Positions 56,843 through 64,000 of a stretch of DNA of 64,000 bases are shown here, one piece after another. Positions within the stretch are counted from its first letter, which is position 1. Each line of letters opens with the position of its first letter. Below the pieces are notes generated by a model that worked only from the letters and a program-made list of their open reading frames with translations, was not told the DNA's origin and searched no databases. A program made the position numbers and the translations under genes. Source of the DNA: Deltaproteobacteria bacterium (GTDB lineage: Bacteria > Desulfobacterota > Dissulfuribacteria > Dissulfuribacterales > QOAL01); the NCBI GenBank assembly GCA_027028245.1, contig JALVJO010000057.1, positions 27,759 to 91,758 on the forward strand. Direction: 5' to 3'.

Positions 56843-57915
56843 TTTCCCTGCAGCCGCACTGGCACGAAATGGATGTCAAAAGACAGGCCGATGTTGTCCT
56901 GGCCAGGGCATTTGCCTCTGATATTGCAGGAAGGCTTGGGTTTTCGCCGGGAAAAAAGGCAGACATAGTGCTGTCGGTCAGCGAGATGGCCCAGAACCAC
57001 ATAAAGCATAAGACAGTTTCCGGCCGCCTGCGTTTTTTCGGACAGCGCCTTCTGGACAGGTCTGTCATGAGCATTTCCAGCCTGGACATGGGGCCCGGGA
57101 TTACAAATATAAAAAAGGCCCTTGAGGACGGAATATCTTCTTCCAATGGTCTCGGCACGGGCCTCGGATGCATCAGGAGGATAGCAGATCGGTTTGCCAT
57201 CTGTTCCGGCAAGCTGGGGGTGTTTCCCTGTCCTGATCTTCTGAGCTTCGAACTGGAGTCCGTGACCCTTGTGACTGCTGAATTTTTTTTCCCTTCCGTA
57301 AAGAACCGAGAGTTTCCCCTGGATTTTTCCTATTTGATAAGGCCTGTTGACGGGGAAAAATACTGCGGTGATTTCTTTTTCTTCTGCTGCGAGAAGGAAA
57401 AGCAGGCCATGGTGGTTATGGATGCCCTGGGACATGGAAAAGAAGCTGCAGAAGCGGTTTCTGCTGCCATGGATTTCCTGAGGGCCGTACCGGCCAGCGC
57501 GGAACCTCTGGAAATGCTCATGGAGGCAGGCAGGGGGCTTGCCCATTCCCGCGGTGTTTCGGCCCAGGCGGTGAGGGTTGATACCTCAAAATGCGTAGTG
57601 GACACTGCAGCAGTCGGAAATGTCAATCAGTATCTTTACGTTGACGGCAGGCCTGTAAAGGTCAGCGGCCATCCCGGCATATTAGGCCCGGTCATTTCCA
57701 AATCCAGTATTTCAACTGAAAGATTTGAAAATTTTACCTCTGTCATGGGAATAATCCATACGGACGGACTTGGTTCTGTACCTCAGGTGAAGTTCGGGCA
57801 GACAGAACGATCCATGTCTGCACTGCTCTGGACCCATTACCTTTTTTCATGCTGCAATCAGGGCATGGTTTCCGGAGATGATGCAACACTGGTGGTCTGG
57901 AAATGTCGGGATTAG
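56827..57915 (+). CDS. RsbT/RsbW-like GHKL domain fused to a PP2C (SpoIIE-type) phosphatase (RsbX-position protein)
   Basis: N-terminal ~135 aa carry N box EMAQNHIKH, G1 LDMGPGI and G2 GLGTGLG. The C-terminal part has the PP2C pattern (CGDFFFF, VVMDALGHG, HTDGL, DDATLVVW). Overlaps rsbT by 16 nt. Confidence 0.8.
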   Translation: MEMDLISLQPHWHEMDVKRQADVVLARAFASDIAGRLGFSPGKKADIVLSVSEMAQNHIKHKTVSGRLRFFGQRLLDRSVMSISSLDMGPGITNIKKALEDGISSSNGLGTGLGCIRRIADRFAICSGKLGVFPCPDLLSFELESVTLVTAEFFFPSVKNREFPLDFSYLIRPVDGEKYCGDFFFFCCEKEKQAMVVMDALGHGKEAAEAVSAAMDFLRAVPASAEPLEMLMEAGRGLAHSRGVSAQAVRVDTSKCVVDTAAVGNVNQYLYVDGRPVKVSGHPGILGPVISKSSISTERFENFTSVMGIIHTDGLGSVPQVKFGQTERSMSALLWTHYLFSCCNQGMVSGDDATLVVWKCRD

Positions 57916-59216
57916 ACCATCATATTCACATAGTCACCCTGGTAATCAAGAAAGAAAGGGATATACCTCTGGTGCGCTCAAAGGCAAAAATTCTTGCAGA
58001 ACTATGCGGTTTTCCCAGGATCAAGAGGGTGAAAATTGCCCTGGCAGCATCCGAGCTGGCCCGGTTCCTTCTTCACCATACCAGGGGCGGAAAGGCTTCT
58101 TTTTTCATTGTATGCAAATTTGTGGCAGGGCAGCGGGGGCCCTCGGTCTCCGGTATGGAGCTCAACTTCCAGGGCAGGACCAGCTGCATAGTACCTGGAG
58201 AATCCCGTGCTCCGGAGAAGGCGGGAAGGATATATTCAGGTCTTTTCCGTTCCCTTGACACCGTAATGGACGAGCTGGATTTTCAAAGATGCATTCCGGG
58301 CAGATCCATGCGTGCCAGGGCAGTGATGTGGGGCGGGAAAGAGAGCTGCGAACAGCTCCAGAAAAAATACGAGGAGATTAAAAAGCAACTTTTTTCCGAC
58401 CTGGAGGAATCGTTTCTTGAAAATTTAAGGGCCAAGCATGAGGAAGTTCTGGAGCTGCTGCGCACCCTTTCAAAGAAGAACATGGAGCTTGACAAGGCAA
58501 ATAGCGAGCTCCTGGAGCTGAGCCAGGACATGGAATCCCTGGTTCATGAAAGGACAGTGGTGGAGCTGGCCCTGAGAATAGCGGACAAGATAAGAAACCC
58601 GGCAACTGTTATCGGGGGGCTTGCGAGAATCGTTTTGAAAAAGATTTCCTCTGATTTCCCGGAACGTGCCAAGATAGAGGCCATCTTCAGAGAGGCCAAT
58701 AAGCTCGAGGAAATAGTAAAGGACTTTGAGGGCCTGGCCAGGGAACAGGAGAGATTCTTTGTTGAAATGGATCTCAGGGAGCTGGTGGAAGAGATACTGG
58801 AGGCCTGGCATCCCCACCTGGAACAGAAAAACCTCAAGCTTGTGACCAGTATTGCAGAAATGCCTCTTAAAATCCATGCCGATCCCAGGATACTCAAAGT
58901 CGCAATAATCCACGTGCTGAAAAATGCAGTGGACGCCTCACCCCACGGAGCTGCCCTTGAAATAGAGGTAAGCCGGATAAACGGCAGGCCGGTGCTGTCC
59001 ATAAGGGATTACGGCCCTGGCATCCCGCCTGAAATCCAGAAAAAACTCTTCAAGGAACTTGTTACAACCAAGCCTTCGGGCACCGGGGTCGGCCTTATCA
59101 TGGTTCACCATATAATGAAGGAGCACCAGGGAGAGATTGAAATAGAAGGAAGGCCGGGCCTTGGTACAACAGTGAAACTAGTCTTTCCGGAAAGATGGAA
59201 GGAAAAGCCCTCCTGA
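57903..59216 (+). CDS. Histidine-kinase-like protein lacking the H-box histidine (degenerate RsbT-like N-domain, coiled coil, DHp-like helix, intact HATPase_c)
   Basis: The C-terminal CA domain is intact (N box HVLKNAVDAS, G1 RDYGPGI, F box LFKELVTTK, G2 GTGVGLIMV). The DHp region reads ELALRIADKIRNPATVIGG, where the canonical sequence is xxxxxxSHE(I/L)RNPL. The N-terminal ~130 aa align in pattern with RsbT but lack the N-box Asn and G1. Confidence 0.8.
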   Translation: MSGLDHHIHIVTLVIKKERDIPLVRSKAKILAELCGFPRIKRVKIALAASELARFLLHHTRGGKASFFIVCKFVAGQRGPSVSGMELNFQGRTSCIVPGESRAPEKAGRIYSGLFRSLDTVMDELDFQRCIPGRSMRARAVMWGGKESCEQLQKKYEEIKKQLFSDLEESFLENLRAKHEEVLELLRTLSKKNMELDKANSELLELSQDMESLVHERTVVELALRIADKIRNPATVIGGLARIVLKKISSDFPERAKIEAIFREANKLEEIVKDFEGLAREQERFFVEMDLRELVEEILEAWHPHLEQKNLKLVTSIAEMPLKIHADPRILKVAIIHVLKNAVDASPHGAALEIEVSRINGRPVLSIRDYGPGIPPEIQKKLFKELVTTKPSGTGVGLIMVHHIMKEHQGEIEIEGRPGLGTTVKLVFPERWKEKPS

Positions 59217-61693
59217 AAAGGTTCTTCCTCGCATTAACGGCCTGTCTGCTGCTGGCACTGTCTCTTTTCTGGTTTCTTCTGGTAAAGGGTCCGGGGTTTC
59301 CGGTTAGTTTGGCCTGGGGCGACAAAAAACTTGAAATTTCCAAGATTTCCTCTTCAGCACCGCGGAGCCTGCATCTGTCCGGCATAGAATTTTCCACAAA
59401 AGGATTGAAGGTCAGGGTTTTGGGAATAGGTCTTATCCTGGATTATGCACCCCCTTTTTTCAGCCGGATTGTTGTGGAAAGGCCCGAGGTGGAGATACAA
59501 GCCGAAAAAGGAAAGCCTGGCAGATCCCTTCACATTTCAAGGAGAAAGTACCGGCTCCTTCGGCTGGTGCAGATAAAGAAGGGAAAAATTGACTATGTTT
59601 CTCCTGATATCAGTATCCGGGTAAAGGATGTTGATTTCAAGCCGGATTTAAAGGAGACAGGGCAGAAAACAACAAATCTGTCCTTGTTTTCGGCATCTTA
59701 TGAGCTTGATCGTTCTGCCCTGCACCTTCAGGGAAGTTTGGATGGGAGGCTTGATTTTTCCACCTTCAAGGCAGGGCTTAAATCCCTTTCAGCAGTCAGG
59801 GCGCCAGGTCTTTCCAGTCAGGTGCCCGTCCGATTAAGTCTGGATTTTTCTCTCCCTGAAGAACTTGATTCTGCCAAGGGGGCATTTTCCGTGGAGATTT
59901 CCCATATGCAGATGGTACCTGCCCTGAAAAAGACCGGCATTACAGGGCGCTTTTTCCTGGATGGCATGCTGGCCTTTTCCAGGGATAAGGGCCTGAAGGC
60001 CCGGGGAAGGGTCAGTCTTCCCCTGGATGAAATGGCTGCTGAAGCCGGCTTACCCGTGCGGCTTGGGGCATTCCAGCTTTACAGCCTGGAAAGTCCAAGG
60101 GATCTGTCCAGGATAAGTCTTGCCCTCCAGCCGGAAAAGGAGAGGGACACCAAAACCAGGGTCAGACTGGACTACGAGATGGAGACAGGTTCCTGGGTCG
60201 TGGATTCGGATATACAGATTCAGGGGCTTTCTGGCTCCAAGGATGCGGACCACGCCTTTGAGGACTTGGATCTCAGGCTGAAGTTTAAGCTCAAGGGACA
60301 GGGACGAAAGGCTTCCTGGACAGCAGCTGCGTCCTGGGACAAGGGACAGGTCCTGATGTATCCTTGGTTTTTTGACCTTTCAGAGCTGAAGGGTTCAGTT
60401 ACTGCAGGCGGCACCCTGAATAAAAAAGGGGTTCTGGTATCAAGGGCGAAAATGGAAGGTCCCTTTTTGCTTGATGCAAAAGATGTCTATATTTCCCTGA
60501 AAGATGACAAAAATGAAGGTATTGGCAGTCTTTTGAAAAATATCAGGATAGGACGCCTGGATCTTTCCGGGAGCCTTGAAAGGCTTTATCCGGTTTTCCT
60601 GAGGGATCCTTTCGGTGATTCCCATCCAGTGTTGAAAAAAATCGACCCTTCAGGCTCCTTCAAGGCCTCTACTGATGGCAGGGTGGTGGAGCTGGGATGC
60701 ATGGCCGACATCCGTTATTCGGGTTCAGACCTTTTCAACGGACTTTTTTTCGATTTCCACTGGCCTTTCAGGGACGAAAAATGCCGGAATGGTGGTCTTT
60801 CCTGGAGAGATTTTTATCTGCAGAACCTCCTTCCAGCGTCCTTGCTGGACCGTTCTGTCAAGGTGTGTTTAAGGCAAAACCGCATCCCCATGACCATATG
60901 CAGAAAAAGCATTTCAGCCGGCCCTGTGGCCTTGGACCTGCAAAACGGGGAAATATCCGTTAAGAAGGCAGCCTTTGACATGTCCACCAAAAATCTATTT
61001 CTGGAAGGGATAAGCCTGGAGGATCTTCAGATAAAAAGGCTCGTTGCTGGTTTCCCCTATGAAATGAGGGTTTCTGCAAGGGACATGTCTGCCAGGCTCC
61101 AGGGGCAGAGGCTCGTCTTTTCTGGGAAGATAAGGGCCGAGGTGGCAGGCGGCATCATAGAAGCATCGGGAATTTGGATTGAACCCTTTGCTCCCATCGT
61201 GCATTACGGAGCTGATATCGTGTTCAAGGATCTGGATCTCAAAATGCTTACCGCTCCCACATCCTTCGGTGTGGTATCCGGGGTCGTTAGAGGGCATATA
61301 AAGGGCCTGGTCATGAGCGGCATCCAGCCCGAGCGCTTTGATTTTAGACTGGAGAGCGACGAATCTGCCAAGACTCCCAAAAAGATCAGCATCAGGGCAG
61401 TGGAAAATCTTTCCATCCTCGGCGGTGGAGAGGGTTCTGTCTCCTTCCTGGGATATTTTTTCAAGGAGTTTTCATACAAGCGTATCGGTATATCATGCAG
61501 CCTGAACAATGATCTATTCGTGCTGCACGGGCTTATCAAAAAGGGCGGCAGGGAATATCTGGTGGAAAGGGGGTTTTTCGGGGGTGTCAATGTGATCAAT
61601 ATGAATCCAGGGGGTAGGATACGATTCAAGGATATGGTAGAACGACTGAAAAGGATAACAGAAACAGATAATTCCAAAATGGAGGTCCGTTAA
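59195..61693 (+). CDS. ydbH: YdbH-like AsmA-family envelope protein (N-terminal TM anchor, long beta-rich body)
   Basis: 832 aa. TM anchor FFLALTACLLLALSLFWFLLV. The C-terminal region (GGIIEASGIWIEPFAP...FKDLDLKMLT...GVVSGVVRGHIKGL...) resembles the YdbH/TamB-type C-terminus. A DUF1318/YdbL-like gene follows, as in E. coli ydbH-ynbE-ydbL. Confidence 0.65.
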   Translation: MEGKALLKRFFLALTACLLLALSLFWFLLVKGPGFPVSLAWGDKKLEISKISSSAPRSLHLSGIEFSTKGLKVRVLGIGLILDYAPPFFSRIVVERPEVEIQAEKGKPGRSLHISRRKYRLLRLVQIKKGKIDYVSPDISIRVKDVDFKPDLKETGQKTTNLSLFSASYELDRSALHLQGSLDGRLDFSTFKAGLKSLSAVRAPGLSSQVPVRLSLDFSLPEELDSAKGAFSVEISHMQMVPALKKTGITGRFFLDGMLAFSRDKGLKARGRVSLPLDEMAAEAGLPVRLGAFQLYSLESPRDLSRISLALQPEKERDTKTRVRLDYEMETGSWVVDSDIQIQGLSGSKDADHAFEDLDLRLKFKLKGQGRKASWTAAASWDKGQVLMYPWFFDLSELKGSVTAGGTLNKKGVLVSRAKMEGPFLLDAKDVYISLKDDKNEGIGSLLKNIRIGRLDLSGSLERLYPVFLRDPFGDSHPVLKKIDPSGSFKASTDGRVVELGCMADIRYSGSDLFNGLFFDFHWPFRDEKCRNGGLSWRDFYLQNLLPASLLDRSVKVCLRQNRIPMTICRKSISAGPVALDLQNGEISVKKAAFDMSTKNLFLEGISLEDLQIKRLVAGFPYEMRVSARDMSARLQGQRLVFSGKIRAEVAGGIIEASGIWIEPFAPIVHYGADIVFKDLDLKMLTAPTSFGVVSGVVRGHIKGLVMSGIQPERFDFRLESDESAKTPKKISIRAVENLSILGGGEGSVSFLGYFFKEFSYKRIGISCSLNNDLFVLHGLIKKGGREYLVERGFFGGVNVINMNPGGRIRFKDMVERLKRITETDNSKMEVR

Positions 61694-61695
61694 AC

Positions 61696-62268
61696 ATGAA
61701 GCATATGAGCCTGAAAACCATTGTGGCATTGACGGTTTTTCTTATAACTGCATGCGTAACTGTTAACATATATTTCCCCGCTGCAGAGGTGAAGCAGGCT
61801 GCAGAAGACATAGCAAAAGACATAAGGGGGCAGCAGTCTGACCTGAAGGAGGACGACAGCAAGGAAAAGATACCCACGTCCTGGTTTCATTTTGGAAGCC
61901 AGGCATTTGCAGCCAATGAACTCACAGTATCCAATGCCACTATAAGGCAGCTGAAGGCAAGGATGAAAAGCCGCTATCCTTCTCTGATCCCCTTTATGAA
62001 GGCGGGAAACGTGGGCGAGGCAGCCAACGGCCTGCTGGTGATAAAGAGCCAGGCAGGTCTCGGACTCAAACAAAAGGCGGATCTTAAACGCCTGGTAAGT
62101 GCCGAGAATTCAGATCGCATGGCCCTTTACAGGGCAGTGGCCCAGAGCCTGAACATCCCTGGGTCTCAGCTTTCCAGGGTTCAGAAGATATTTGCATCCG
62201 AATGGCAGAAAACAGCACCCAGGGGAACATATATTGAAAAGGCACCTGGCAAGTGGGTCAGGAAGTAG
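61696..62268 (+). CDS. ydbL: YdbL-like (DUF1318) periplasmic lipoprotein, possibly with a YnbE-like N-terminal segment
   Basis: Lipobox LITAC. DUF1318-type core VGEAANGLLVIK...LVSAENSDRMALYRAVAQ and C-terminal PGKWVRK. Confidence 0.7.
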   Translation: MKHMSLKTIVALTVFLITACVTVNIYFPAAEVKQAAEDIAKDIRGQQSDLKEDDSKEKIPTSWFHFGSQAFAANELTVSNATIRQLKARMKSRYPSLIPFMKAGNVGEAANGLLVIKSQAGLGLKQKADLKRLVSAENSDRMALYRAVAQSLNIPGSQLSRVQKIFASEWQKTAPRGTYIEKAPGKWVRK

Positions 62269-62285
62269 CCTGTCTCATTGTTTTT

Positions 62286-62975
62286 TCAGGCCTGGTTCAG
62301 ATATCTTATCAGGTCCCGGGGCGAGGCTAGAATGAGTTTCGCCCCGGCCTTTCTCAATTCCTCCTCATCTCTGAATCCCCACAGGGCCCCTACAGGAAAC
62401 ATCCCGGCGGCCAGGGCAGTTTTCATGTCAATGGATGTATCTCCAAGGTAAATGCAATCTTGGGGCTTTACTCCAAGACGCTTAGCAATTTCCAGTGCCC
62501 CTTGGGGCGAGGGTTTCCTTTTTATGCCAGGTCTTTCTCCGAAGACAGCTGGAAATTTCCACCTATTGAGGAATTTTTTTACGCAAAGCCTGGTAAAGTC
62601 GTGGGGCTTGTTGGAAAGAACAGCAAGGGCGAATCCCCTTTCATCAAGTGCTTCAAGCATATCGGAAATGCCGGGGTACAAAACCGCATTGGAATCCCAG
62701 TTTTGTGCATAAAGTGCAAGAAAATCTTTCAGGCATCGTTCCAGGTATCTTTTGTCTGAGGCCTTGTCCGGGGGAAGCACTCTTTCAACCAGGATCTTGG
62801 CACCATCTCCCACGAAATAACGGTACCTGTCCACAGGATGGATGGGCAGCCCGTGTTTTTCCAGCACCTTGTTCATGGATTCTGCAATGTCCTGCAGGGT
62901 ATCCAGGAGGGTTCCGTCAAGGTCAAAAAGGGCAGCCTTATATCTGTGTTTCATAATATTCAGTTTTTTGTCCAA
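62286..62975 (-). CDS. HAD-superfamily phosphatase (phosphoglycolate phosphatase-like)
   Basis: HAD motif I ALFDLDGTLLDT, motif II VLSNK, motif III/IV K...YLGDTSIDMKTA. Confidence 0.85.
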   Translation of the reverse strand: MDKKLNIMKHRYKAALFDLDGTLLDTLQDIAESMNKVLEKHGLPIHPVDRYRYFVGDGAKILVERVLPPDKASDKRYLERCLKDFLALYAQNWDSNAVLYPGISDMLEALDERGFALAVLSNKPHDFTRLCVKKFLNRWKFPAVFGERPGIKRKPSPQGALEIAKRLGVKPQDCIYLGDTSIDMKTALAAGMFPVGALWGFRDEEELRKAGAKLILASPRDLIRYLNQA

Positions 62976-63063
62976 TGGTTGTATTATCCTTCAAGTCATA
63001 AAATGACCATGACAGACTATCACCTTAGAGTCTGTCATGGAACTCAAAAAAGGTCTTAAAAGC

Positions 63064-64000
63064 ATGGAAACAAGCAGGGATTACGAAGAACTAAGGGAGC
63101 GTTTTGCAAGAATAGCCTTTTTGAAGAGCACCTTGAGGCTGCTGTCCTGGGATCAGGAAACATTTATGCCTCCAGGAGGGCAGGAACACCGGGCAGGGCA
63201 GATTTCCACGCTGTCGGCACTCATTCATTCAATGCTGGTGGAACAAAGGACAGGAGAACTTCTGGACCATATGTGGGACCAGGTCAGGGATTTAGGGTCC
63301 TCAAGCGACATCCACGTAAACGTCAGGGAATGGAGGCGTATCCATGGGCAGGCAGTCAAGCTCCCGGAGGAACTTGTCGAGGAACTTTCTTATGCCAAGG
63401 TTGTAGCCCATGGGGCCTGGGTAGAAGCACGGGCAGCCTCGGATTTTTCCATATTTGAGCCTCACCTGGAAAAACTGGTGGCGCTTTCCAGGAAAAAGGC
63501 CATCTATCTGGGATTCGAGGAAAACATGTACGACGCTCTCCTTGATCTTTACGAGCCTGGCGAAAAGACGGCAAATATCGAGGCCATTTTTGCAAAACTT
63601 GTCCCTGGATTAAAGGATATACTTTCAAAGGCGAGGGTGCAAAGCAGCGCCACACGGAGAGAGATCCAGGGCAATTTCCCCTTGGAATCCCAAAGGGTCA
63701 TTGCCAGGCTGATGGCGGCAAGAATAGGATATAATTTCACAGCCGGCCGTCTTGATACTGTGGTACATCCCTTTTCCACCAGGATAGGTCCTGGAGATAC
63801 CAGGATAACCACCAGGTGGAACGAAAAGGATTTTACCGAGGCAGTATTCGGTGTACTGCATGAGGCCGGCCACGGCCTCTACAGCCAGAACCTGGCAGCA
63901 GATGCCTTCGGCACCCCCCTTGGTGAATCTGTTTCCCTTGGAATCCATGAATCCCAGTCCAGGCTGTGGGAAAATATCGTGGGCAGGAGCTTGGAGTTCT
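63064..64000 (+). CDS. Carboxypeptidase Taq-like M32 metallopeptidase (3' end beyond the window)
   Basis: My own translation from ATG 63064 gives METSRDYEELRERFARIAFLKSTLRLLSWDQETFMPPGG..., and in the same frame VLHEAGHGLY (HExxH at 63859). The frame stays open to the window end, so it is absent from the ORF track. Confidence 0.85.
   Translation, partial: METSRDYEELRERFARIAFLKSTLRLLSWDQETFMPPGGQEHRAGQISTLSALIHSMLVEQRTGELLDHMWDQVRDLGSSSDIHVNVREWRRIHGQAVKLPEELVEELSYAKVVAHGAWVEARAASDFSIFEPHLEKLVALSRKKAIYLGFEENMYDALLDLYEPGEKTANIEAIFAKLVPGLKDILSKARVQSSATRREIQGNFPLESQRVIARLMAARIGYNFTAGRLDTVVHPFSTRIGPGDTRITTRWNEKDFTEAVFGVLHEAGHGLYSQNLAADAFGTPLGESVSLGIHESQSRLWENIVGRSLEF

Noticed and set aside
55176-57546. 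Minus-strand ORFs of 244, 371 and 274 aa opposite the stressosome genes
   Set aside because: The plus-strand frames carry STAS, GHKL and PP2C motifs with coupled starts and stops. The antisense translations lack motifs and overlap each other in different frames.

Overview
This 64-kb window looks like ordinary chromosome from a Desulfobacterota-type (delta-proteobacterial, sulfate-reducer-like) anaerobe. The taxon guess rests on gene content only: tetraheme cytochrome c3, several multiheme and Tat-FeS redox proteins, three sigma-54 enhancer-binding-protein/histidine-kinase pairs, and a sigma-54-type pilin promoter. Gene density is high and I saw no rRNA, tRNA, CRISPR array, transposase or integrase. 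Recognisable housekeeping genes are radC, tadA, pyrF, pepP-like, tatC, ppsA, rplM-rpsI, argC, dnaN-gyrB, plsY, a polyprenyl synthase, nhaA, a ClC channel and an M32 carboxypeptidase (3' truncated by the window edge). Accessory content:
- two tandem type IV pilin paralogues
- an HAO-family octaheme cytochrome
- an RND efflux operon whose outer-membrane factor carries an extra N-terminal domain
- a DUF4390-NtrY-NtrX cluster
- a Tat-FeS plus triheme cytochrome pair
- a large HerA/FtsK-like P-loop ATPase followed by two translationally coupled GTPase-DUF697 membrane proteins
- a tightly overlapping operon at 55167..62268

That operon is the most interesting region. It encodes an RsbR-RsbS-RsbT stressosome-type module with a Cys-rich PAS sensor. 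Downstream are an RsbT-like::PP2C phosphatase, a kinase-like protein whose H-box histidine is replaced by Asp, and a YdbH/YdbL-type envelope pair. All family assignments come from reading motifs in the supplied translations. No database search was run, so they need HMM/BLAST confirmation.
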